Assembly (NCBI GenBank): GCA_965209035.1
Contig: OZ242372.1
Span: forward strand, 1,024,001 to 1,088,000
Reading direction: 5' to 3'
Length of the DNA: 64,000 nucleotides
Source: Gammaproteobacteria bacterium
Lineage (GTDB): Bacteria; Pseudomonadota; Gammaproteobacteria; CBDBNL01; JAAOII01
Shown here: positions 52,109 to 62,392 of the stretch, piece after piece
Layout of the letters: every line of letters starts with the position of its first letter
Numbering within the stretch: position 1 is the stretch's first letter
Translations under genes and position numbers: made by a program
The notes under the pieces: model-generated
What the model saw: the letters and a program-made list of their open reading frames with translations, nothing else
Told to the model about the DNA's origin: nothing
Database searches by the model: none

Positions 52109-52397
52109 GCCTGCGGATGCGGGTTCTGCCTGCCGAAACAACTCCGGCCGGTTTGGTGCGGGTTCGGTGCGGACATAAACACAAACACACAGAGTCCAAA
52201 ACCGGATGGGATCGGACAAAATAAGGTTATAATGAAAAGAGAAGGAACATATGATTCCTTTATAAAAATAAAAATGCATAACTATTAAAAAAAGATGATG
52301 AACAAGTTGAACTTTTTTCCTGTTCGGTCGGTGCAAGAAATACACTGCCGGCAAAGACGCCCGAAATTCGCGTGTCTCCTTTAATAACTTCAATGCA

Positions 52398-54911
52398 ATG
52401 CCTCTAATCTTTTGCCCAATCAATGCTTGGCGGTCGCTACGGTTGTTTGCCGGGTGGGTTACCACATTATCGCCGCTAACGACAGTCTTTGCCGCTTTTC
52501 GGCAGACTCATTGGCCGGCTCGTTTTTATGCCGTTCTGCTGACGGGCATGCTGGGCTTTGCTTTGCTCCTTGCCGGTTGTGGCGGCGGGGGTGGCGGGGG
52601 CGGCGGCGGTGATCCCCGCGCTGTTTCCAAGATCCAAACCATAGTCGGTGAGAATAGTATTCTGGTGGGTTGGACCAATCCGAACCGGGAGAATATCATC
52701 GGTTTCAGCATTACTTCGATCAATACTGCGAACAATACCGTAAATCGGACTGATCCCAAAATGATTTCAGTTAATTCCACCAATGCGGATCTGCGTACAC
52801 CCGTCGGTAGTTTGCTGCTGCCCGGCGAACGGGTGATCTACAACATTAAGGGTCTAACCAATGGCGTAGACTACGAGATCAGGATTACGGTGATCTATGA
52901 GAACGGCGATTCTGTGGATTCGGAACCTGTGCGAAGGACGACGGGAACGGACAGTACGGACTCAGACATTGATGATGACGGTGTTGGGAATAGCGAAGAT
53001 GCGTTTCATCTGGATGCTTGTGCGAGTGCCGACACGGATGAAGATGGCATGCCGGATCGTCTGATTGCAGGTTGCACGACATCTTTAAAAGCAGACCGGT
53101 CTGTTTTCGGTATCCAAACCACCGCCAGCGAGAATACGATTACCGTGCGTTGGACCAATCCGGATCAGGATGACATCACCGGGCTCAGTATCAATTGGAC
53201 CGCCATTGAAGACGCAAGCGATAACGGAGTCATGGTACTTGATGCGGACGACAGGATGCATACCATTGCGGACCTGGAATATGACACCATCTACGAGATC
53301 ACGATTACGGTGCTTTATGAGGATGGCACATCCGTGGTTGCGGCTCCGGTTCAAGGCAGCACCGAAATAGATCCGAATGCTGATGATGATGGGGATAGTC
53401 TGCCGAACGGGATAGATAATTGTCGGGCGGTTGCCAATGCGGGGCAAGATGATAACGATGATGACGGAGTCGGCGATGCCTGTGATGCGGACGATGACAA
53501 TAACGGCTTGATAGAGATTCGTACTCTGGACGATCTGGCACGGCTGCGCGATGATCTGAACGGCGATGGCGAGGATGATGGCAGAATTGCCGAGATAACA
53601 TCCGTAGGATCCATGGGTTGCCCGGACGACCCGGATAACGATGATGAGAGCGGCTGTGTCGGCTATGAATTGACTCGCTCGCTCGATTTTAATGATGCGG
53701 ATTCCTATGCCACAGACAGCGACAAGATGTCTGTCTGGACGAGTGGCAATGGCTGGGAACTGATCGGCTCTTGTACGGGCGATAGCACATGTCCGTTATC
53801 CTATGCCGGTATCCTGGACGGCAACAACCATAGTATTGTCGGGCTGCATATCATGAGGAATGAAAGAGTCAATGGAATTGGGTTGTTCGCCGCACTCATC
53901 GGAACAGCGCGTAATTTGCGCCTGGAGGATGCGAATGTCGCTATCAGTGACAAAAATAGCAACGATGCGGGCTTGTTAGCGGGTTATGCCCCCAATGCCC
54001 GTTTTGAAAATATTTTGGTTTCGGGAGTGATCTCGGGAGGCCGCAGTGTGGGAGCTCTCGTCGGAGATACCGGAGATATCAGAGCTGCCGGCACCAGTGC
54101 GACCATCATCGGAGTCATCGTCAAAGACAGTGATGTAAGCGGCGCCAGAGTTTTGGGCGGTCTGGTCGGACACGGACCTGGTGTTAAGATTAGTGGTTCT
54201 TATGTAGCCAATAGCAACATAGAAGGAACCGAAGACTCATTAGGCGGTCTGGTCGGTTTCGGGCAGGATGCTAAAATTAGTTATTCTTATGTGGCCGCCA
54301 GTAGCATAGAAGGATCTTCCCACACCGTAGGCGGTCTGGTCGGACAAGGCGCAGAAACCGGCATTCGTTATTCCTATGTAACCAATAGCAATGTAACCGG
54401 ATATTCCATAATCGGCGGATTAATCGGAGGCGGCAGCACCGCAACGATTAGTCATTCTTACACGACCGGTGGCAGTGTTACCGGCACGAATAGATCCGTC
54501 GGCGGACTAACGGGAACCGGCACGGGCACAAATATTGAGTATTCTTATGCGGCTGTTGACAGCCTATCCGGTGATAACGGCATCGGCGGATTAATAGGAT
54601 TGATATTCCACGGCCAGTTCGGTGATATAAGTGCTTCTTATTGGGACACAGACACCACAGGCCAGTCTGACAGTGCGGGCAGCGGCGGCGAAGGTAAAAC
54701 CACAAGCGAACTGCAAATGCCCACCACCTTTACCGGCATTTATGCCGACTGGGGCAACTTCTGGTGTCACCCGGACACGGGCGAAGTGAGGGAACAAGCT
54801 AGTATGCCGACCGGATTCTTACCGGTATGGGATCTCGGGACGACAACTCAATACCCCGCCCTGAACTGCACACCCGGCGGCCCGGAAGCCCAAGGCAGAA
54901 CAACACCCTAA
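52398..54911 (+). CDS. Surface lipoprotein: 2x FN3 + TSP3-like + GLUG-type repeats (paralogue D)
   Basis: LLLAGCGGGGGGGGGG, VGWTNP/VRWTNP, DNCRAVANAGQDDNDDDGVGDACD, GGLVG/GGLIG repeats, conserved C-terminus. Confidence 0.85.
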   Translation: MPLIFCPINAWRSLRLFAGWVTTLSPLTTVFAAFRQTHWPARFYAVLLTGMLGFALLLAGCGGGGGGGGGGDPRAVSKIQTIVGENSILVGWTNPNRENIIGFSITSINTANNTVNRTDPKMISVNSTNADLRTPVGSLLLPGERVIYNIKGLTNGVDYEIRITVIYENGDSVDSEPVRRTTGTDSTDSDIDDDGVGNSEDAFHLDACASADTDEDGMPDRLIAGCTTSLKADRSVFGIQTTASENTITVRWTNPDQDDITGLSINWTAIEDASDNGVMVLDADDRMHTIADLEYDTIYEITITVLYEDGTSVVAAPVQGSTEIDPNADDDGDSLPNGIDNCRAVANAGQDDNDDDGVGDACDADDDNNGLIEIRTLDDLARLRDDLNGDGEDDGRIAEITSVGSMGCPDDPDNDDESGCVGYELTRSLDFNDADSYATDSDKMSVWTSGNGWELIGSCTGDSTCPLSYAGILDGNNHSIVGLHIMRNERVNGIGLFAALIGTARNLRLEDANVAISDKNSNDAGLLAGYAPNARFENILVSGVISGGRSVGALVGDTGDIRAAGTSATIIGVIVKDSDVSGARVLGGLVGHGPGVKISGSYVANSNIEGTEDSLGGLVGFGQDAKISYSYVAASSIEGSSHTVGGLVGQGAETGIRYSYVTNSNVTGYSIIGGLIGGGSTATISHSYTTGGSVTGTNRSVGGLTGTGTGTNIEYSYAAVDSLSGDNGIGGLIGLIFHGQFGDISASYWDTDTTGQSDSAGSGGEGKTTSELQMPTTFTGIYADWGNFWCHPDTGEVREQASMPTGFLPVWDLGTTTQYPALNCTPGGPEAQGRTTP

Positions 54912-55126
54912 CACAGACAAAAAAGACAACTTTCCCGGGACGGCAAAGCCCGCACACATGCATACAAAAAGTGCTCATCTATTTATGACCCGCAAGAATC
55001 GGCTCTGCTTTGAATTCGTAACTTATTTGCCAAAAACAACCAATATACCCGATAAGAGGGAATATTTGTTTAATTTGGTATAAAATAACACCAATTAATA
55101 TTACTAACTACAATAAAAATCTAATT

Positions 55127-56446
55127 ATGAATAAAATTATTAATCTTTTTAAGTACTGCCTGCCACTTGGTCTCGCTCTCGGGGCTCTTTTGTTCGGCGG
55201 TCCTGTTTTTGCGGCATGTTCGGTAGACGCTCCGTCCAAACGCACAAACATTAATATTATTTCCAACAGTTATCCTTCGGTGAACTACATCGCCGAAGAG
55301 ATGGAAAAATGCTCCGAAGGGCGACTGCGAGTGCGGGCAAAACTGACCACGGAACATCAGGAACTCAAACGCCTGGCTCTCGGTTCCGCCGGCAGGGCAT
55401 CTTATCACATCATGCAGCTGTCCAGCAGTGACTTTGCCGAATACATCGACAAGGGCTGGATTGCTCCCATCACCGAGTATGTGAACAAGTATCGCACCAA
55501 GTACAATTTTGACGACATACCGCAGCCCCTGTGGGATTCGGTCACCATAGACGGTGAAATCTATGTGCTGCCGCTGCAACAGAATCTGCAACATTTCTTT
55601 TATCGCAAGGATCTGTTTGACAAGCACAACATCAAAGTGCCGGAGAACTACAACCAGGTGATTAGCGCGGCGAAAAAGCTCAAACGCGCCGACCCGTCCG
55701 TTGAATATCCTATCGCCCAAACCTTTGGCAGCGGCTGGGGACTGGCAACGGAGTTCACCAACATTTATATTTCCATGGGCGGAAAATTCTTTGACGACAA
55801 CAAGTATCCTATTTTTCACACGGACAAGGCCGGCACGGAAACCGTCAAGGTGATGGAACGCATGCTGGCGTATATGTCGCCCAACGCGCTGTCCTTTTCC
55901 AACGACGATACGATGGTTGCATTTCAGCAAGGCAAATCCGCAATGGGGAATGTCTGGGCTTCGCGCGCCGCCAATATGGACGACCCGAAGGTCTCTTCGG
56001 TGGTCGGCAAGATCAGTTTTGCCGCAGCTCCGGCGGGTAAGCGCGGACGCACTCCTTCTTCCACGGTCTTCTGGGATGGCTACATGATTCCCAAGAATGT
56101 GCCGGCAAAAGATCGCGAACTGGCATTTTTGATTATGGCGGAAGCCACCGACCAAGAGAGTATGGCGGGCGGCGGCGACCTGGCATTCTTTTCACGCGAA
56201 TCCGTAACGACGAATCCCGCTTTGATTGAAAAGAACAGATATTGGCCGGCAATGCTGGATACCGTCAAGGGCGGCGCTCCCGCTTTCCCGGCATCCACGC
56301 AAAGCCATTTCAGCTTGGCACATACGGCGATTGGCGCCAACCTGGCCAAGGGTCTTTCGAGTGGAACGGCAGCGGCGAAAGATGCTTTGAAAAAAGCGGC
56401 CGCCGACTATGTCACGGAAGCCAAAGGCAAAGGCCACATAAAATAA
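55127..56446 (+). CDS. ABC transporter extracellular solute-binding protein (family 1, sugar-like)
   Basis: Signal peptide, IDGEIYVLP, FFYRKDLFDKHNIKVP, FQQGKSAM..W; no permeases in the window. Confidence 0.88.
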   Translation: MNKIINLFKYCLPLGLALGALLFGGPVFAACSVDAPSKRTNINIISNSYPSVNYIAEEMEKCSEGRLRVRAKLTTEHQELKRLALGSAGRASYHIMQLSSSDFAEYIDKGWIAPITEYVNKYRTKYNFDDIPQPLWDSVTIDGEIYVLPLQQNLQHFFYRKDLFDKHNIKVPENYNQVISAAKKLKRADPSVEYPIAQTFGSGWGLATEFTNIYISMGGKFFDDNKYPIFHTDKAGTETVKVMERMLAYMSPNALSFSNDDTMVAFQQGKSAMGNVWASRAANMDDPKVSSVVGKISFAAAPAGKRGRTPSSTVFWDGYMIPKNVPAKDRELAFLIMAEATDQESMAGGGDLAFFSRESVTTNPALIEKNRYWPAMLDTVKGGAPAFPASTQSHFSLAHTAIGANLAKGLSSGTAAAKDALKKAAADYVTEAKGKGHIK

Positions 56447-56470
56447 CGAACAATAAGCATAGCCATGCGC

Positions 56471-56503
56471 GGGTCGGGAGCACTATGCTCCCGACCCTTT
56501 TTT
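56471..56503 (+). terminator. Rho-independent terminator
   Basis: GGGTCGGGAGCA-CTA-TGCTCCCGACCC perfect 12-bp stem followed by T6. Confidence 0.88.
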
Positions 56504-56543
56504 GAATTTTAATTAACATTAAAAAAGCGGCAACAGGAGAATA

Positions 56544-57542
56544 ATGAGCCTCAACGAATTACTGGTGCGTTACAAAGACCTTATCCCGTGTAAAAACGCC
56601 TTTGTTGATACGCGCAGTCCCGGTTCGGACAGCAAGGAAAACTTCACCATCATCGGACCCGGCGTTTCGGAAAACCCCAACCAACATGTACATATCCCCG
56701 TTCCGCACGGCTTTAACATCGGCGGGGCGCGGCAACCTCCCGGTTGTTTAAATTCGCAACACAGCCATCTGACGGCGGAAGTGTTTATCGCCCATTCCGG
56801 CAAGTGGCGTTTCCTGTGGGGTCTGGACGGCAAGGACGGCAGCATCGAGATGAGCAAGGGCGATACGATTTCTTTACCCATCCATATGTTTCGCGGTTTT
56901 GAGAACATCGGCAATGACACGGGGTTTCTGTTTGCCGTTCTCGGCGGCGATGACCCCGGCAGGGTCACCTGGGCACCTTCGGTGTTTGAACTTGCCAAGG
57001 AACACGGTCTGGTGCTGCTAAAAGGCGGCCGCCTGATTGACACTCGTGCCGGCGAAGCGATCCCTGCGGACGCCCAAGCCGAAGAGCCACCGGATGCCGA
57101 AGAAATTGCCCGCCTGAAATCTCCCGCCAACGCAGAAATGGAAAAATTAGTAGTTCGCTACGACGAACTGCGGGCGAACGCAGGGTCGCCACTGGCGGCG
57201 GACGGCGTGCGGGAATGCCCGATCATCACCCCCAAGCAGACGGGCGATCGTTTTGAGCCGGGACCCATCGTCGGCTGGTGGGAACACGGATTTAACCTGA
57301 GATGTCTGCGGATGGATACGGACGCCAGGCTGCCGGCACATAGCCGGGCGGAAGAAGAAGTGATTCTGATGCAAGAGGGGGAATTAACCCTCACCCTGTC
57401 CGGCGAAACCGTCACACTGGGCGGCGGCGACATCCTGACTCTGCCAAAAGGCGCGGCGCGCACATGGCGGGCGGGCAAGGACGGCGCCGTTGTCTTTGTT
57501 GTGCGCGGCGGCGACACACCCGCAGCCCCGCAGTTCATCTAA
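56544..57542 (+). CDS. Double cupin-domain protein
   Basis: NSQHSHLTAEVF..GDTISLP...FRGFEN; second cupin AHSRAEEEVI..GDILTLP; AGGAG RBS. Confidence 0.82.
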   Translation: MSLNELLVRYKDLIPCKNAFVDTRSPGSDSKENFTIIGPGVSENPNQHVHIPVPHGFNIGGARQPPGCLNSQHSHLTAEVFIAHSGKWRFLWGLDGKDGSIEMSKGDTISLPIHMFRGFENIGNDTGFLFAVLGGDDPGRVTWAPSVFELAKEHGLVLLKGGRLIDTRAGEAIPADAQAEEPPDAEEIARLKSPANAEMEKLVVRYDELRANAGSPLAADGVRECPIITPKQTGDRFEPGPIVGWWEHGFNLRCLRMDTDARLPAHSRAEEEVILMQEGELTLTLSGETVTLGGGDILTLPKGAARTWRAGKDGAVVFVVRGGDTPAAPQFI

Positions 57543-57571
57543 GTTCTCGCCGGGTTTTTCCGGGACCATCT

Positions 57572-58738
57572 ATGCCCGCAACCCGTATCAAAACCACGCA
57601 TGTCGGCAGCCTGCCGCGCAATGCCCGGCTGACGGAGTTAATCTTCGCCAAGGACAGACGCCAACTCAAAGACCCCGCCGAACTGAAACAGGTGGTGCGG
57701 GCCGCTGTGGACGATGTCATGCGCCGCCAACTGGAAGCCGGCACAGATATTCCGTCTGACGGCGAGATGAGCAAAATCTCATACGCAACCTATATAGGAG
57801 AACGACTCACCGGCTTTGAAGGCGACAGCCCGCGCCAACCGCCGGCGGACCTGGAAGACTATCCGGGTTACCTGAAAAAGATTGCGTCCGCGGGCGGCAC
57901 CCCGTCCTATAAAAGACCGCAATGTGTCGGACCGATCGCGGTGAAGACCCTGGAGCCGTTGCGGACAGATATCCGCAATATGCTGGATGCTATGAAAAAA
58001 CACGGATACACAACCGGTTTTATGAACTCCGCCTCGCCCGGTGTGATTGCCTTGTTTCAACCATCCGTGTATCACAAAAAAGCGGAAGACTACCTGCAAG
58101 ATCTGGCGGAAGCCATGCGGGAAGAATACAAAACCATCATCGACAGCGGACTGATGTTACAAATTGACTCGCCCGACCTCGCCCTGGGACGCCACATGCA
58201 ATTCAAAGACAAGTCGGACGAGGAATTTTTGAAACAGGCGGAAATCCACCTCAATGCCCTGAATTATGCGCTGGCGGACGTGCCGCCGGAGCAGGTGCGC
58301 CTGCACATCTGCTGGGGAAACTACGAGGGCCCGCACCACCGCGATCTGGAAATGCATAAGGTGATGCCGCTGGTGGTGCAAAAAGCGCACGCACGCACAC
58401 TCCTTTTTGAAACAGCCAACCCGCGCCATGCGCACGAGTGGAAAATCTGGCAAGATATGCCGCTGCGGGACGATCATATTCTCGCCCCCGGCGTCATAGA
58501 CTCCACCACAAATTTCATAGAGCATCCGGCATTGGTGGCGGAGCGTCTGGAGCGGTTTGTTCGCATCTTCGGCACCGAACGCGTTTTGGCGAGCACGGAT
58601 TGCGGCTTCGCCACTTTTGCCGGCTTCGGCAAGGTTGACGACGAGATCGTCTACGCCAAGTTACGCTCTCTGAGCGAAGGGGCCGCGTTGGCCGGCGGGT
58701 CAAGCCGGACCGAATCTGCCGCACCGCCGGCGACTTAA
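57572..58738 (+). CDS. Cobalamin-independent methionine synthase II-like (single barrel; MetE/epoxyalkane:CoM transferase family)
   Basis: TTHVGSLPR, SDGE, LQID.PDL, Zn ligands HICWGNYEGPH, E, and TDCGF. Confidence 0.88.
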   Translation: MPATRIKTTHVGSLPRNARLTELIFAKDRRQLKDPAELKQVVRAAVDDVMRRQLEAGTDIPSDGEMSKISYATYIGERLTGFEGDSPRQPPADLEDYPGYLKKIASAGGTPSYKRPQCVGPIAVKTLEPLRTDIRNMLDAMKKHGYTTGFMNSASPGVIALFQPSVYHKKAEDYLQDLAEAMREEYKTIIDSGLMLQIDSPDLALGRHMQFKDKSDEEFLKQAEIHLNALNYALADVPPEQVRLHICWGNYEGPHHRDLEMHKVMPLVVQKAHARTLLFETANPRHAHEWKIWQDMPLRDDHILAPGVIDSTTNFIEHPALVAERLERFVRIFGTERVLASTDCGFATFAGFGKVDDEIVYAKLRSLSEGAALAGGSSRTESAAPPAT

Positions 58739-59069
58739 GACCCTCTCGAGGACCTGCATCCTCGGGCACGGACGGGGGCTTATATGCTTTATATACTTCT
58801 TTGGAAGGGTCCTTTAAATGAAGCATTAAAGGAGGCACGGGAAAGGGCCGACACCGGCAACACCCGAAAACTGGAAAACGCTTTGAGGCTATTTGAGGCT
58901 GGGCCAAGACACCGACTTTCTTTTTAGCACAACTCTTCCCACACCTGTCCCGCCCACTCACCTCATCTACTCGCCCGCACCATTTCATTTACCTCGCCCG
59001 CACCATTTCATTTACCTCGCCCGCCAACGCCGACATCCGCGCCGTCTTATCACAACTCCGCCCGCCTAA

Positions 59070-59942
59070 ATGAACTCACCCGAACATACTAAATCGCCAA
59101 ACCGCCGACCGCCAACGCCAAACCGCCACGGACTCCGACATGCCGACCGCAAAGCCGGCGAGCCACTGCTGCTCATCCCGGGAATGATGTGTGATGATCG
59201 CCTGTGGCAACCCCAAAAAGAATTTCTGTCCGCCCCCGGCACCGCCAACGCCGACATCCGTATCGCCGACATCACCGCCGAGCGAAACATGCAAATGCTG
59301 GCGGCCAAAATTTTGGACGGTCTTTCATCGGAGCCCTGGAAAACATTCTCCGTCGCCGGTCTTTCCATGGGCGGCATAGTGGCAATGGAGATTCTCAAAC
59401 AGGCACCGCACAGAATCAAACGCTGCGCCCTGCTGGACACCAATCATTTGGCGGAAACATCGATCAGAAAGAAACTGCGTGCCGAAGAGATCCGTCTGGC
59501 TCAAACGCCGGCCGGCTTGAAAAAGATTTTGATAGAAAAAATGAAGCCGGCATACCTGTCGCCCAAACGAAAGTACGGGCAAGATTTTCTTGACTTGGTG
59601 TTGGATATGGCATTGTCGCTGGGACCCGAGGTATTCGCCCGCCAGTCGCTGGCACTCAGAGACAGACCGGATTACGGCGAGACCATCAAAAACATCCGCT
59701 GCCCCGTTCTGCTGCTCTGCGGCGAATGGGACATTCTGTGCCCGCCGCTTAATCACCAAAAAATGCGCCAACTGCTGCCGCGGGAAACACCGGCAACCTT
59801 GCGGCTGATCCCCAAAAGCGGCCACCTGACCACCCTGGAAGTGCCGACCGAAACCAATTTGGCACTCAAAGAATGGCTGGAAATGCCCGTCCGAGCGAGC
59901 GCGCCGCCTCACAGACCCTCTCCTCAAAATAAAATTTCATAA
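59070..59942 (+). CDS. Alpha/beta hydrolase
   Basis: LIPGMMCD, nucleophile elbow GLSMGG, CGEWD, GHL..LE. Confidence 0.88.
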   Translation: MNSPEHTKSPNRRPPTPNRHGLRHADRKAGEPLLLIPGMMCDDRLWQPQKEFLSAPGTANADIRIADITAERNMQMLAAKILDGLSSEPWKTFSVAGLSMGGIVAMEILKQAPHRIKRCALLDTNHLAETSIRKKLRAEEIRLAQTPAGLKKILIEKMKPAYLSPKRKYGQDFLDLVLDMALSLGPEVFARQSLALRDRPDYGETIKNIRCPVLLLCGEWDILCPPLNHQKMRQLLPRETPATLRLIPKSGHLTTLEVPTETNLALKEWLEMPVRASAPPHRPSPQNKIS

Positions 59943-60037
59943 AAATTGACCGTTCATTAATGCTTTGCCAAAATTATTTGGTATAATTAAAAGACTACTT
60001 ATTTATATTCATTACTAAAAAAGAGGAACTACAAATC

Positions 60038-60337
60038 ATGAAAAAAAGTAAACTTATATCTGTCATCTTGGTTCTGATGTTCACATCGGTCTTGACCGCT
60101 TGTGCCACTGTAACCTTTACACCGGACGGCAATACACGCACAGGGGCCGGTGAAGAGAAAAAATGGACGCATCACTATCTGGGGCATGCATTTGGCCCGA
60201 GCCACATAAAAGCCAACTGCCCCGCGGGAACAGAGGTTGTTCAAACAGAAACTCGCATCACCGCGGGAACCTTTTTTGTCGGCTTTTTCACCCTCAGCAT
60301 CTATACCCCGCGCATAGCGGAATATTGGTGCGAATAG
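60038..60337 (+). CDS. Bor/Iss-family lipoprotein, copy 1
   Basis: Lipobox LTAC, THH, C....VVQTET, GFFTLSIYTP..YWC resembling lambda Bor; GAGGA RBS. Confidence 0.8.
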   Translation: MKKSKLISVILVLMFTSVLTACATVTFTPDGNTRTGAGEEKKWTHHYLGHAFGPSHIKANCPAGTEVVQTETRITAGTFFVGFFTLSIYTPRIAEYWCE

Positions 60338-60474
60338 GTTAAAACAATTCGGCGGGAAGTCTGCCGGCGTTAAACCCGCATGCCACTTCCCGCCCTTGTT
60401 CCCCCACTGTGCCGGTGCTGCTGTTCTAATCGCGAACAGCGGCCTGTCGGCTTAAAAAGGCATAAATACAAATC

Positions 60475-60774
60475 ATGGGAAACGGTAAAATTCTTGCTGT
60501 CATCTTGGTTCTGATGTTCACATCGGTCTTGACCGCTTGTGCCACTGTAACCTTCACACCGGACGGCAATACACGCACAGGACTCGGTGAAGAGCAAAAA
60601 TGGACACATCACTTTCTGGGGAACACATTTGGCCCGAGCCATATAAAAACCGACTGCCCCGCGGGAACAGAAGTTGTTCAAACACAATCTCGCATCACCG
60701 TGGCAACCTTTTTTGTCGGCTTTTTCACCGCCAGTATGTATACCCCGCGCATAGCGGAATATTGGTGCGAATAG
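60475..60774 (+). CDS. Bor/Iss-family lipoprotein, copy 2
   Basis: Tandem duplicate at a 437-bp period, including downstream non-coding sequence. Confidence 0.78.
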   Translation: MGNGKILAVILVLMFTSVLTACATVTFTPDGNTRTGLGEEQKWTHHFLGNTFGPSHIKTDCPAGTEVVQTQSRITVATFFVGFFTASMYTPRIAEYWCE

Positions 60775-61093
60775 GTTAAAACAATTCGGCGGGAAGTCTG
60801 CCTGTGCTAAACCCGCATGCCACTTCCCGCCCTTGCTTTACTGTCCCGCTGCTCTACTGCCCCGACAGATCGCGAACAGCAGCACGTCGGCTTAAAGCCG
60901 AAAAAACTGCAGTTAATCACTGAATCGCCGGACCTTAATAGTCGGACAAGGATAGACCCCCGGCAAACCTTAAATTATCCGGGGGACGGATTTCGTTTCC
61001 TTCTCGCCTTGGCGTTGATGCGCGGTCGACCGAACGAACACCCGTTCGCATAGCCGGACAATTTTTAATTTTGGACATACCGGGTCAACCCAC

Positions 61094-62392
61094 TGCATAG
61101 TCTCATAAAGGTTCTGGACTCTGAGTTTGGTATTGTGCGTCCTCAGATCAAGCAGCCGGAGGTTCTGTCGGACGGGTCGAAAATAGATCCGGCAACGGGT
61201 CTTCGGTATGTGGAGCTAGATGAATGAAACGGGCAAGAAGGACGGATAGCTGTTTTGCTCTCACCGCCGCAGACAGCGGAGGCTTGTTGTTGATAAAACT
61301 GTCTAGGTGTATCCGCTGGCGAGACGGTACGGTTTGTGAGGGCAGCCGGACTGCACATTGGAAATGAGAGGAACACGTTTACGCTACATTGGTTATCGCG
61401 TGCGCGGTTTCAATAAAATGGTGGTTTTAGCAAACAAATATTCAAACATGTCTAAAACCACCAAAATCAAACTGGACACCTTAGCGTTCGCGCGCAAACA
61501 TGGTGTCGCGGCGGCGCTGGATCATGCCGGGATCAGTCGTGCTACATTCTACGAGTGGCAGCGGCGTTTCCGTGAAGGCGGGGTCGATGAACTGGCGAAC
61601 AACTATGGGTATCAGCCCAAGCGGTCCAACACCTGGCCACCGGCACTGATTGACAAGATCCGGTCTTGGCGACAAGAGCGACCGAATATCGGTCCCAATA
61701 AACTGGTCTGCTTGTTACCCGAATGGTGCCAGCAGCAGGGGCTGCCGGCACCCAGCCGGTCAACCATTGCCCGCATCATCGCTGATGCACCGGGTAAGAT
61801 GCGGCACCAGTCATCGCTGACCGAGCAGAAGAACCCGCGGCAAGGTGCTCCTCGCGAGCGCAAGGACATCTGCTTTGTTGCGGGCCGGAGAGGTGAATGT
61901 GTTGCCTTTGATACGCTCGTCCGCATCGTCGATGGCCGGCGCTTTTATTGGCATGTCGGCATTGATCTATTTTCCCGCATCGCGCTAGTCCATGTCGATA
62001 CCTCGGCTGCTTCGGCCAGTTCCGCCCGGCTCTTTACCGCCATGCAAAACATACTCGGCACTCGGATCGAAAAAGTCCTCACCGATAATGGCAGTGAGTT
62101 CGCCAAAGACTTTCACCGGGTCGTGACCGCAAACGGCAGCACCCACTGGTATACTTATCCCAGGAAACCGCAAATGAATGCACACTGCGAACGGTTTAAT
62201 CGCACTCTCTGGGAAGAGTTCGGTTGTCATATGCGGCATCTCTTGGTTAAGGATATGCCGGCATTCAACGCCAAACTCATCGAGTGGTTGGCTTGGTATA
62301 ATCTTGAACGTCCCCATTATGCTCTCAAACAACTCTCGCCGATCCAATTTTTGCAAAAACAACAAAAGTCCAGAAATGGGTGGGACCATACA
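61094..62392 (+). mobile_element. IS481-family insertion sequence, copy 2
   Basis: Ends TGCATAGTCTCATAAAGGTTCTGGACT ... AGTCCAGAAATGGGTGGGACCATACA; 5-bp target duplication CCCAC (61089-61093, 62393-62397). Confidence 0.9.

Noticed and set aside
60038-60774. Prophage remnant suggested by Bor-like genes
   Set aside because: No phage structural, lysis or integrase genes in the vicinity.
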